39,237 bases of DNA from Armatimonadota bacterium (GTDB lineage: Bacteria; Sysuimicrobiota; Sysuimicrobiia; Sysuimicrobiales; Kaftiobacteriaceae). Both the position numbers and the translations under genes were made by a program. Positions 18,928 through 32,370 of the stretch are shown one piece after another. Under the pieces are notes generated by a model. It did not search any database. It had not been told where the DNA came from and worked only from the letters and a program-made list of their open reading frames with translations. The stretch is from the NCBI GenBank assembly GCA_037440005.1, contig JBBIUY010000028.1, positions 1 to 39,237 on the forward strand, read 5' to 3'. The first letter of the stretch is position 1, and every line of letters begins with the position of its first letter.

Positions 18928-19485
18928 ATGCACGTGATCGTGACCGGCAAGCACCTCCAGGTGACGCCGGCCCTGCGGGAGTACGCCGAGGAGAAGGTGG
19001 GCCGGATTGGCCGGTATCTGGACCACGCCCAGGAGGCGCAGGTGGTGCTCAGCGTGGAGCGCCGGCGCGGCGTGGGGCGCGCCCAGGTGGCGGAGGTGAC
19101 CATCCGGGGCGACGGGCTGCTGCTGCGGGGGGAGGAAGCGTCCCCGGACATGTACGCCTCCCTGGACCGGGTGGCGGACAAGCTGCGCCGGCAGATCGAG
19201 CGGTACCGCAGCCGCCTGATCCTCAAGCGGCGCCTGGACGAGTCCCGGCGGCGGGGGCGGCGGCGCGCCCGGGCCGAGGCCCGGCTCCGCCGCCCGCCGG
19301 CGGCCCTGCCGATCGTCCGGGTGAAGCGCTTTGCCATGAAGCCCATGACCGCCGAGGACGCCGCGCTGCAGATGGAGTTGCTGGGCCACGACTTCTTCGT
19401 GTTCCGCAACGCCTCCACCCTGGAGGTGAACGTGGTCTACCGCCGCCGGGAGGGCGGGTACGGGGTGATCGAGCCCGAGACGTAG
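18928..19485 (+). CDS. hpf: Ribosome hibernation promoting factor, long form (HPF/RaiA)
   Basis: VTPALREYAEEKV, DMYASLD, and the C-terminal dimerisation domain KPMTAEDAALQMELLGHDFFVFRN..VNVVYRR. Confidence 0.94.
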   Translation: MHVIVTGKHLQVTPALREYAEEKVGRIGRYLDHAQEAQVVLSVERRRGVGRAQVAEVTIRGDGLLLRGEEASPDMYASLDRVADKLRRQIERYRSRLILKRRLDESRRRGRRRARAEARLRRPPAALPIVRVKRFAMKPMTAEDAALQMELLGHDFFVFRNASTLEVNVVYRRREGGYGVIEPET

Positions 19486-19507
19486 CCGACGCCTTGCGGG
19501 AGACGAC

Positions 19508-20158
19508 ATGGCCGACGCGGAGGAGAGGGGATCGCTGGGCCGGGCGGCCGAGGACGTGGTCCGGCGGCTGCGGGGGGTGCAGGCGGTGCGGGTGGAGACC
19601 GACGAGGCCGGGGCCATCCAGATGGTGCACGTGCTGGGCGGCCCCGACCGCAGCCCCCGGGTCATCGCCGCGGACGTGGTCTCCGCCCTGGCGGCGGAGC
19701 TGGGCGTGCATCTGGAACCGCGGCAGGTCCGGGTGGCCGCCCAGCAGCGCGCCGAGGAGGCGCCGGCTCCCCCGGCGCGACTGAAGTTCGTGGGCCTGAC
19801 CGTCTCCGCCCTGCGTCAGTCCGCCGAGGTCAAGGTGCACCTGGAGGACCAGGGCCTGCTCTACGAGGGCATCGCCACCGGTCCCCACGCCCGCGCCAAC
19901 CGCCTGGAACTGGTCGCCCAGGCCACCCTGCGGGCCCTGGAACTCTTCCTGCGGGCCGAGGGGCTGTTTCTGCTGGACGGGGTGACCCTCACCCCGGTGG
20001 GAGGCCGCCAGGTGGCCGTGGTGGCCGTCTCCCTGGCCGGACGGGACGACGAAACGCTGGTGGGGTCGTCGGTGGTCAGAGACGACCCCCGGGAAGCCGT
20101 GGTCCGGGCCGTGCTGGACGCGACCAACCGTCCGGTGTCGTGGCTGCTGGGGCGGTAG
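19508..20158 (+). CDS. Conserved hypothetical protein; C-terminal half resembles a LeuA allosteric (dimerisation) domain
   Basis: ATG after GGGAG, GC3-rich codon usage, and it fills the hpf-secA gap. It has two beta-beta-beta-alpha repeats ending in VAQATLRALE and AVVRAVLDATNR. Confidence 0.7.
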   Translation: MADAEERGSLGRAAEDVVRRLRGVQAVRVETDEAGAIQMVHVLGGPDRSPRVIAADVVSALAAELGVHLEPRQVRVAAQQRAEEAPAPPARLKFVGLTVSALRQSAEVKVHLEDQGLLYEGIATGPHARANRLELVAQATLRALELFLRAEGLFLLDGVTLTPVGGRQVAVVAVSLAGRDDETLVGSSVVRDDPREAVVRAVLDATNRPVSWLLGR

Positions 20159-20203
20159 CCCTCCCCGCAGCCCGACGTTCCCGCCGTCCCACGCCGTCTG
20201 CAG

Positions 20204-20209
20204 TATAAT
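20204..20209 (+). promoter_or_regulatory. -10 element TATAAT immediately upstream of secA
   Basis: Perfect TATAAT ending 9 nt before the secA ATG. No SD is present. Confidence 0.6.
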
Positions 20210-20218
20210 AGCCATGTC

Positions 20219-24819
<4,601 letters not shown>

Positions 24820-24848
24820 CGGGGGGGAGGAGGGAGGGGGTCCCGGTG

Positions 24849-24857
24849 TGCTACAAT
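24849..24857 (+). promoter_or_regulatory. Extended -10 element (TGCTACAAT) upstream of prfB
   Basis: TGnTACAAT about 55 nt upstream of the prfB start. Confidence 0.55.
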
Positions 24858-24910
24858 CCATCCGCGGGTGGGCCGGATCACGGCCCGGTCCACCCCGGTG
24901 AGCGCGCGTG

Positions 24911-26015
24911 ATGACCATCGAGGAGATCAGGACCCTGCTGGACGCCGACCGGCGTCGCCTGGCCGACATCGGGAGGCACCTTTGACGTGGAGGGCAGGCG
25001 GGCCCGCATCGCGGCCCTGGAAGAGCAGCTGCAGCGGCCCGACCTGTGGTTTGACCCCGACCGCGCCCGGGCGGTGACCCGCGAGCTCAGCGCTCTGCGC
25101 GCCCCGGTGGAGACCTGGCAGGCGCTGCGCCGCGAGGCCGACGACCTGCACGAACTGGCCCGCCTGGCCGCCGAGGATCCCGCGGGGCTGGACGCCGCCG
25201 AACTGATCCGGGAAGCCCAGGACCTGCACCGGCGCGTGCAGCAGCTGGAGCTGACCACGCTGCTGAGCGGGGAGCACGACGCCCGGAACGCCATCCTGTC
25301 GGTGCACGCCGGCGCCGGAGGCACCGATTCGCAGGACTGGGCGCAGATGCTGCTGCGCATGTACACCCGGTGGGCGGAGCGGCGGGGGTTTGGCACCGAG
25401 ATCGCAGACCTCTCCCCCGGCGAAGAGGCGGGCATCAAGAGCGCCACCCTGATCGTCAGCGGCCCGTACGCCTACGGGTACCTCAAGGGCGAGCGGGGAG
25501 TCCACCGCCTGGTGCGCCTGTCGCCGTTCGACGCCGCCCACCGCCGCCACACCTCCTTCGCCCTGGTGGACGTGATCCCCGAGGTCGAGGAGGAAGAGGT
25601 CCAGATCCGCGACGACGAGCTCAAGGTCGAGACCTACCGCGCGGGCGGCGCCGGCGGCCAGAACGTCAACAAGGTGGAAACCGCCGTGCGGATCACCCAC
25701 CTGCCCACGGGCATCGTGGTCCAGTGCCAGAACGAGCGGTCCCAGTACGCCAACCGCCTGACGGCGCTGCGGCTGCTGCGGGCCCGGCTGGCCGAGCTGC
25801 AGGCGGCGCGCCGCCAGCAGCGCCTGGCCGAGTTGCGGGGAGAGTTCCGGGAGGCGGCCTGGGGCAATCAGATCCGGTCCTACGTCCTCCACCCCTACAC
25901 CCTGGTGAAGGATCACCGGACCGGCCAGGAGACCGGCGATGCCGAGGCGGTCCTGGACGGAGACCTGGACCGCTTCATCGACGCGTGGCTGAGGCGCGCC
26001 GTCCCGGCGTCGTAA
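24911..26015 (+). CDS. prfB: Peptide chain release factor 2, expressed by programmed +1 frameshift: join(24911..24982,24984..26015)
   Basis: A 24-codon first frame ends in GGGAGG-CAC-CTT-TGA-C. The second frame contains the SPF motif (RLSPFD) and GGQ ([10 protein letters not shown]). Confidence 0.96.
24971..24986 (+). promoter_or_regulatory. RF2 +1 ribosomal frameshift site
   Basis: Internal SD GGGAGG (24971-24976), 3-nt spacer, then CTT TGA C (24980-24986), the canonical prfB signal. Confidence 0.95.
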
Positions 26016-26158
26016 GTCCGGGCGCGACCCCGCGCCCTCCCCGCCGGCCCGCCGTCTGTGACCCTCCGGGGGCTGCTGTGCGTTCCCGGGACCGTCCTCT
26101 TTGCCGGCGGTCCGCCGCCCGGCGGGCGGGGGCGCCATCACGGTAGCGAGGTGAGGGC

Positions 26159-28126
26159 ATGGGGGGCGGATGGGTGCGCGCGGGCCTGGTCGTGGGTCTG
26201 GTGGCCTCGGCGGTGGCCCTGCAGGCCCGGTGGGGGGCGGAGGCGGCCAACCGGGACGTGGAGATCGTCCTGGACGGCCCCGATTGGACGGCCCTCGCCC
26301 TGCGGGAAGGGCGCGACCCCCTGGAGGTCTTCGCGGCCGCGCGGGAGCGCGGCGCCACGGCGGTGGCGGTGTACGAGCAGACCCTGGTGCGCCTGGCCCA
26401 GGCCGGGGAGGTCCTGGTCCGCACCGGCGGCGACGCGGCGGCCCTGGCACGGGCGGGCGGGCGGGATCCGGTGGTGGACGCGGTCGGCGCGGCGCGGATC
26501 CGTGCACAGGCGGTGTACGTGGCCGGCCCGCCCGACCAGCTCGCCTTTGTAGAGCGCGGGTTCGCCGACCTGCTGGGGCCGCATCGGGTGCGGCGGATCG
26601 GCGGAGTGCTGGAGGTCACCGGGGTGCCCGAGGACCTGCAGCAGGTCCCCCTGGGCTACCGGCCCCAGGACCTGGCCGTCTACGACCGGGTCGGCCTGCG
26701 TCCGATCCTGCGCCTGCGGAACTACCCCGGCATGACCGCCGACGCCCTGCGCGTCCGCGTGGACCGCCTGGCGGCCGCCGGGCGGGGGGGTCCGGTGGTG
26801 TTCGAGCTGCAGGAAGTCCTGGGCTACGAGCGCCTGCTGCCCCAGGCGGCCCGGGCGCTGCAGGCGGCGGGGTACACCTATGGGCGGATCGAGGTGTTCA
26901 ACGTCCGCCGCAAGCAGCGCGGCGAGGACCAGCTGGCCTCCCTCATGCGACCCCGGGTGATCCGGCTGTTCAGCCTCACCCCCGACGAGCTGCTGGCCGC
27001 CTCACCCCAGGACAACCTGGACAAGTTCGTCCGGGCCGCCCGGGAGCGCAACATCCGCATCCTGTACCTGCGCCCCCTGCAGCCCACCGCGGGGGTTTCG
27101 GGAACGGCCCTCAACGTGGAGTTTGTCGGCCGCCTCAGCGCCGAGCTGCGGCGGTTGGGCCTGCGGCCGGGGCCGGCGCGCCCCCTGGCCGATCCGGCGG
27201 TGCCGTGGCCGGCGTGGGTGGGCGCGGTGGTGGGATCGGTTGCGGCCATCTCCTGGGGCCTGCACCTGCTGGGCCGCGCGGTGGGCGTGGCTCCGGGCCG
27301 GTGGCTTGCGGGGATCGCGGCCGCGACCGTGGCGGCTAGCGCGGCTGTGGTCCCCCTCGGCCCTCCGGCCCTGTGGCGGCAGGGGCTGGCCCTGCTGGTG
27401 GCCTGTCTCGTGCCCGTGGCCGCCGTGGCCGGCTCGCTGCCTGGTGGTCCTCTCCGTCGCCCGGTGGCGGGCGCGCTGCGGACCCTGTGGGTGGCTTCGG
27501 CGGTCTCGACGGCGGGGGGCGTGCTCGTGGCCGCGCTGCTCACCGGGTGGGAGTTCATGATGGCCGCCCGGGTGTTCGTGGGGGTGAAGGTGGCCCACGT
27601 GATCCCCGTCGCCCTGGTCGCCCTGGTGACCGCCACCGCCGCCCTGCCGCCCCGTCACTGGCGCGAGGCCGCCGCCCGTATGTGGGCGTGGTCGGACCGC
27701 CCCCTGCGGGTGCGGTACGCGGTGGGGGTGCTGGTGGCGGCCCTGGCGGCGGTCGTGCTGCTGGGGCGGAGCGGCAACTTCGGGCTGCCGGTGCCGGCGG
27801 CGGAGGAGAGGCTGCGGGAGCTGCTGGAGGACGCGCTGGTGGCGCGGCCGCGGACCAAGGAGTACCTGCTGGGTCACCCCGCCCTGGTCCTGGCCGCCCT
27901 GTGCGCCGCGCGGGGGTGGAAGGCGGCGGCGGTGGTCCTGGCGGCCGTGGGAACGGTGGGCCAGGCCAGCATCATCAACAGCTTCGCCCACATCCACACA
28001 CCCCTTCTGTACACCTTCTGGCGGACCGCCAACGGGCTGGTCCTGGGCAGCGTGCTGGGCGCCGCCGCGGCGGCGGTGGTGGTCAGAGCCGGCCCCATGA
28101 TTTGGGGATCGCGCCCGCGGCCCTGA
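26159..28126 (+). CDS. DUF5693 family membrane protein
   Basis: SD GAGGTGAG. N-terminal TM, large soluble domain (RAARERNIRILYLRP), then a multi-TM region with F.GVK, RSGN, RPRTKEYLLGHP and GQASIINSFAHIHTP. It is adjacent to csaB. Confidence 0.8.
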   Translation: MGGGWVRAGLVVGLVASAVALQARWGAEAANRDVEIVLDGPDWTALALREGRDPLEVFAAARERGATAVAVYEQTLVRLAQAGEVLVRTGGDAAALARAGGRDPVVDAVGAARIRAQAVYVAGPPDQLAFVERGFADLLGPHRVRRIGGVLEVTGVPEDLQQVPLGYRPQDLAVYDRVGLRPILRLRNYPGMTADALRVRVDRLAAAGRGGPVVFELQEVLGYERLLPQAARALQAAGYTYGRIEVFNVRRKQRGEDQLASLMRPRVIRLFSLTPDELLAASPQDNLDKFVRAARERNIRILYLRPLQPTAGVSGTALNVEFVGRLSAELRRLGLRPGPARPLADPAVPWPAWVGAVVGSVAAISWGLHLLGRAVGVAPGRWLAGIAAATVAASAAVVPLGPPALWRQGLALLVACLVPVAAVAGSLPGGPLRRPVAGALRTLWVASAVSTAGGVLVAALLTGWEFMMAARVFVGVKVAHVIPVALVALVTATAALPPRHWREAAARMWAWSDRPLRVRYAVGVLVAALAAVVLLGRSGNFGLPVPAAEERLRELLEDALVARPRTKEYLLGHPALVLAALCAARGWKAAAVVLAAVGTVGQASIINSFAHIHTPLLYTFWRTANGLVLGSVLGAAAAAVVVRAGPMIWGSRPRP

Positions 28127-28133
28127 GCCGGGA

Positions 28134-29198
28134 ATGCGGGTCGTGATCTCGGGCTACTACGGATTCGGCAACGTCGGCGACGAAGCCATCCTGGCCGGCA
28201 TCCTGCAAGACCTGCGCGCCCGCCTCCCCCAGGCGCAGGTGGTGGTGGTCTCGGCCGACCCGGGCCGCACCCGTTGCCTCCACGGCGTGGACGCGGTCCC
28301 CCGCGGTCCGGCCGCCCTCCGCCCGTTGGCGGGGGCGGATCTGTTCCTCAGCGGGGGCGGGGGCCTCATTCAGGACGCCACCAGCGCCCGCAGCGCCCTG
28401 TACTACCTCGCCGAGCTGGCGGTGGCCTCGCGCCTGTCGCGGCGGACCATGCTGTACGCGGCGGGGGTGGGACCGCTGCGCCGGCCGTGGATCCGCCGGC
28501 TGGCCGCCGCCGTCCTGTCCCGGGTGGATGCGTTGGTGGTGCGCGACGAGGAGTCCCGGCGGCTCGTCCAGTCCCTGGGGGTGGCTCGCCCGGTGGACCT
28601 GGGAGCGGACCCCGCCTTCGGGCTGGCCCCCGCCCGCCCCGAGGACGTCGCCGACGTGTTCGCCGCCATGCCCCGCCCGCGGATCGGACTGGTCCTCAGG
28701 CCCTGGGGATCCGGCGCCCGCCTGCCCGCGGTGACGGAGGCCGTCGGCAGGCTGGCCGGGGAGGCGGACGCCCGGGTGGTGGCGCTGGCGTTCCACCCGG
28801 CGGCGGACCTGGAAGTGTCCCTGCAGGCGGCCCGGGCCCTGGGAGGCCCGGTGGTGGCGGGCCTGGCGCCGCGCCCGATGCTGGCGGCGGTGGGGGAGGT
28901 GGACCTGCTGGTCGGCATGCGCCTGCACGCGCTCATCGGAGCGGTCCAGCAGGGAGTGGCGGCTGTGGGGCTCGCCTACGATCCCAAAGTGCGCGCCCTG
29001 TTCAGCCGGTTGGACCTGCCCCATGTGCTGTCCCTGGAGGAGTGCGATCCTGGACGTCTGTTCGCCGTCCTGCGGGACGCCTGGGACAGCCGTGACGCCC
29101 TGCGCCCGCGCCTGCTGGAACTGGCGGCGCAGATGCGGGCCGCTGCCTCCCGGGCTGCCGACCTGGCCGCCCGCCTGGCCCGGCACGCCGCCTCCTGA
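28134..29198 (+). CDS. csaB: Polysaccharide pyruvyl transferase CsaB
   Basis: ISGYYGFGNVGDEAIL, SGGGGLIQDATS.RS..YY, VRDEES, ADP, GMRLHALI and YDPKV. Confidence 0.92.
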   Translation: MRVVISGYYGFGNVGDEAILAGILQDLRARLPQAQVVVVSADPGRTRCLHGVDAVPRGPAALRPLAGADLFLSGGGGLIQDATSARSALYYLAELAVASRLSRRTMLYAAGVGPLRRPWIRRLAAAVLSRVDALVVRDEESRRLVQSLGVARPVDLGADPAFGLAPARPEDVADVFAAMPRPRIGLVLRPWGSGARLPAVTEAVGRLAGEADARVVALAFHPAADLEVSLQAARALGGPVVAGLAPRPMLAAVGEVDLLVGMRLHALIGAVQQGVAAVGLAYDPKVRALFSRLDLPHVLSLEECDPGRLFAVLRDAWDSRDALRPRLLELAAQMRAAASRAADLAARLARHAAS

Positions 29199-29295
29199 TC
29201 CGTCCGGCAGGCGGGCGCCTGCGGGGGGTGTGCCGGTTACCCCCGGGTCCCCCGGACAGGCGTCCGGCGCCGCCGGGCCCCCCTCCCCCCGTGCA

Positions 29296-29323
29296 GGAGG
29301 ATTTCGCGGAGGGTATACGAAAT
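29296..29323 (+). promoter_or_regulatory. SigmaH-like promoter upstream of spoVS
   Basis: AGGA (29298-29301), a 17-nt spacer starting TTT, then GAAAT (29319-29323). This follows the B. subtilis sigmaH layout AGGA-N17-GAAT with one deviation in the -10 box. Confidence 0.55.
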
Positions 29324-29377
29324 AGTGGAAGGCCAATGAACCGACCAGCAGCCGGAGCAGTGGAGGAGGCAGGCCCC

Positions 29378-29641
29378 ATGCCGGAGGTGCTCAAGGTCGG
29401 GGCGGACTCAAAGCCCAAGGCCGTCGCCGGCGCGCTTGCCGCGGTTCTGCGGGAGAAGGGCTCGGTGGAGCTGCAGGCGGTGGGGGCTGGGGCGGTGAAC
29501 CAGGCGGTGAAAGCCATCGCCATCACCCGCGGGTTTGTGGCCCCCAACGGGATTGACGTGGTGGCGATCCCGGCGTTCACCAAGGTCATGATCGACGGCG
29601 AGGAGCGCACCGCCATCAAGTTCCTCGTCGAGGCCCGCTGA
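29378..29641 (+). CDS. spoVS: Stage V sporulation protein S family
   Basis: EVLKV...SKPKAVAGALA, LQAVGAGAVNQAVKAIAITRGFVAPNG and IPAF...IDGEERTAIKF; SD GGAGGAGG. Confidence 0.95.
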   Translation: MPEVLKVGADSKPKAVAGALAAVLREKGSVELQAVGAGAVNQAVKAIAITRGFVAPNGIDVVAIPAFTKVMIDGEERTAIKFLVEAR

Positions 29642-29746
29642 CGGTTTCCCCCGTTCCTCTTTCCCCTCCCGGGCAGGGTGCGAAAGCCTGCGGCCCTCTG
29701 GCCGTGCGCCCGACAGCCGGTCCGGCCGTGGTACGGTAAAGAGGGT

Positions 29747-30700
29747 ATGCCCGACGACGCCTACGGCCCCCTGAAGCTGTTTTGCGGGACGGCCCACCCG
29801 CAGCTGGGGGAGGAGATCGCCCGCCACCTGGGAGTCCCCCTCGGCCGGGCGTTGATCACCCGGTTCGCCGACGGCGAGATCTACGTCCGGTACGAGGAGA
29901 ACGCCCGGGGAGTGGACGCCTTCGTCCTGCAGCCCACCTGCCACCCCGTGAACGAGAACCTGATGGAGCTGCTGATCATGGTGGACGCCCTGCGGCGGGC
30001 GTCGGCGGGCCGGATCACCGCGGTGATTCCCTACTACGGGTACGCCCGCAAGGACAAAAAGGACGCCCCCCGGGAACCCATCACCGGCCGGCTGGTGGCC
30101 GACCTGCTCTCCACCGCGGGGGTGGACCGGGTGCTCACCGTGGACCTCCACGCGGGCCAGATCGAGGGCTTCTTCACCATTCCCGTGGACCACCTGCGGG
30201 CCATGCCGCTGTTTGCCGACTACCTGCGGGAGAAGGCTCTGGAGAGGGGCGTGGTCGTCGCCGCCGACGACGGCGCCGTCAAACGCAGCAAGCAGCTGGC
30301 CGACCGGCTGGACCTGCCCCTGGCCATCATCTTCCAGCGCCGGGTGGGCAAGGACGTCAAAGAACCGGTGCAGATCGTGGGCGAGGTGGACGGCCGCACG
30401 CCCGTCATGATCGAGGACATCATCGATACGGCGGGGACCCTGACGGGCGCGGTGGACGTGCTGATGCGCCACGGCGCCCGGCCCGAGGTGTACATCTGCG
30501 CCACCCACCCGGTGCTGGCGGGGCCGGCGGTGGAGCGGCTGTCCCGGGAGGAGATCCGGGAGGTCATCGTCACCAACACCATCCCCGTGCTCCCCGACAA
30601 GCGGCTGCCCAAGATGACCGTGCTGTCGGCGGCGCCGCTGCTGGCCGAGGCCATCCGCCGGATCCACCTCAACCAGTCGGTGAGCATGCTGTTCACCTGA
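29747..30700 (+). CDS. prs: Ribose-phosphate pyrophosphokinase family protein with substituted catalytic motifs
   Basis: RFADGE, NENLMELLIMVDAL, VIPYYGYAR, VDLHAGQI and ATHPVL are present. It has IIFQRR instead of IIDKRR, AADDGA instead of SPDxGG, and IEDIIDTAGT. Confidence 0.85.
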   Translation: MPDDAYGPLKLFCGTAHPQLGEEIARHLGVPLGRALITRFADGEIYVRYEENARGVDAFVLQPTCHPVNENLMELLIMVDALRRASAGRITAVIPYYGYARKDKKDAPREPITGRLVADLLSTAGVDRVLTVDLHAGQIEGFFTIPVDHLRAMPLFADYLREKALERGVVVAADDGAVKRSKQLADRLDLPLAIIFQRRVGKDVKEPVQIVGEVDGRTPVMIEDIIDTAGTLTGAVDVLMRHGARPEVYICATHPVLAGPAVERLSREEIREVIVTNTIPVLPDKRLPKMTVLSAAPLLAEAIRRIHLNQSVSMLFT

Positions 30701-30711
30701 GCCGGCGCGGC

Positions 30712-32199
30712 ATGGCCACCGTCCGCACCCGTTACGCGCCCAGCCCCACCGGCTACCTGCACATCGGCGGGGCGTGGATGGCGTTTTTCAACTGGCTGTG
30801 CGCCCGCAGCCAGCGGGGCGCCTTCATCCTCCGCATCGAGGACACCGACCGCAGCCGGTCCACCGAGGAGTACGAGAGGGCCATCCTGGAGGACTTCCGC
30901 TGGCTGGGCCTGGACTGGGACGAGGGCCCCGACGTGGGCGGGCCCGTGGGGCCCTACCGCCAGACCGAGCGGGGACCCCTGTACCGGCGGTACGCCCGGG
31001 CCCTGGTGGACGCCGGGGCCGCCTACCCCTGCTACTGCACCCCCCAGGAGCTGGAGGCCGAGCGGGAGGCCGCGCGCCGCCAGGGGCGGCCGTACCGCTA
31101 CTCGGGGCGCTGCCGCCACCTGACCGCGGCCGACCGGGCCCGGTGGGAGGCCCAGGGCCGTCAGCCCACCATCCGCCTGCGGGTGCCGGACCTGGGCGGG
31201 CCCATCGTGGTGGCCGACCTCATCCGCGGGAACGTGGAGTTCGACCCAGCCCACCTGGACGACGCCATCATCGTCCGCAGCGACGGCACGCCGCTGTACA
31301 ACTTCGCCAACGTGGTGGACGACCACCTGATGCGCATCTCCCACGTCATCCGCGGCAGCGAGCACCTGTCCAACACGCCGGTCCAGTGGCTGATCTACCG
31401 GGCGCTGGGGTGGACGCCGCCGGCTTTCGCCCACCTGCCCGTCATCCTGGGGCCGGACCGGCGCAAGTTGAGCAAGCGGGCGGCCGCCACGGCGCTGCGG
31501 GACTACCGCCGGGAGGGCTACCTGCCCGAGGCGCTGCTGAACTTCTTCGCGCTGATGGCCTGGCACCCCGACCCCGAACGGGAGGTGTATTCGCTGTCCG
31601 AGCTGGTGGAGCGCTTCCGCCTGGAGGACCTGGGCCGGGCATCGCCGGTCTTCGACCAGGCCAAGCTCACCTGGCTCAACGGCGTGTACATGCGCGAGCT
31701 GCTGCAGCGCAACCCCCAGCGGGTGGTGGACGTCTGCCTGGAGATCCTTCAGGAGACGGGCCTGGTGGAGGGAGAGCGCTCGCCGGACGTCCGTGCGTAC
31801 GTGGCCCGGGTGGTGGCCGTCCTGGGAGACCGGCTGAAGGTGGGCCGGGACATCCTGGTCTACGGCGACTTCTTCTTCACCGACCAGGTCCGCTACGACC
31901 CCCAGGCCGTCCGGCAGCACCTGCAGGGCCCCGCGGTGGTCCGCAGCCTGTCGGTGCTGCGCGACCGCGTCGCCGGGGTGGAGGCGCTGGACCGCGCCAC
32001 GGCCGAGTCGCTAGTCCGCGGCGTGGCCGCCGAGTTGGGACTCCACAGCCGGGAGGTGATCCACCCGGTCCGGGTCGCTCTGACCGGCAAGACGGTGGGG
32101 CCCGGGCTGTTTGAGCTCATGGAGGTCCTGGGGCGCGACCGCGTGGTCGCCCGGCTGGACCGGGCCGTGGCCTGGCTGCGGGCGCCTGAGGCCTCCTGA
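30712..32199 (+). CDS. gltX: Glutamate--tRNA ligase
   Basis: RTRYAPSPTGYLHIGG (HIGH), LRIEDTD, AYPCYCT..YSGRCR, VVDDHLMRISHVIRG, KLSKR (KMSKS) and an anticodon domain with RVALTG..VGPGLFE. Confidence 0.95.
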   Translation: MATVRTRYAPSPTGYLHIGGAWMAFFNWLCARSQRGAFILRIEDTDRSRSTEEYERAILEDFRWLGLDWDEGPDVGGPVGPYRQTERGPLYRRYARALVDAGAAYPCYCTPQELEAEREAARRQGRPYRYSGRCRHLTAADRARWEAQGRQPTIRLRVPDLGGPIVVADLIRGNVEFDPAHLDDAIIVRSDGTPLYNFANVVDDHLMRISHVIRGSEHLSNTPVQWLIYRALGWTPPAFAHLPVILGPDRRKLSKRAAATALRDYRREGYLPEALLNFFALMAWHPDPEREVYSLSELVERFRLEDLGRASPVFDQAKLTWLNGVYMRELLQRNPQRVVDVCLEILQETGLVEGERSPDVRAYVARVVAVLGDRLKVGRDILVYGDFFFTDQVRYDPQAVRQHLQGPAVVRSLSVLRDRVAGVEALDRATAESLVRGVAAELGLHSREVIHPVRVALTGKTVGPGLFELMEVLGRDRVVARLDRAVAWLRAPEAS

Positions 32200-32370
32200 T
32201 CTGCGCTCCTCTCACCGGGCCGGGACTGCCACCGGCCCCGCGCCGGACGCCGTCTGGCGGCCGGATGCGGACAACGCTCCCGTCCCGCCCTATCCTGCCA
32301 CCGAGCCCGCCCCCCGCGCGGCCGGCCGGGCGCGACAGGTGGCGGGCGTCCCAGGAGAGGAGGCGGGATC

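Noticed and set aside
24911..26015. prfB as a frameshifted pseudogene
   Set aside because: The break is the canonical programmed frameshift site with its internal SD.
29642..29746. c-di-GMP-I or other riboswitch before prs (GGGCA..GCGAAAGC)
   Set aside because: Only a GAAA-containing hairpin is visible. The second stem and conserved GCAAA elements are missing.
29782..30711. 805-aa ORF suggesting an N-terminally extended GltX
   Set aside because: The extension overlaps prs in another frame and is low-complexity. GltX homology starts at ATG 30712.
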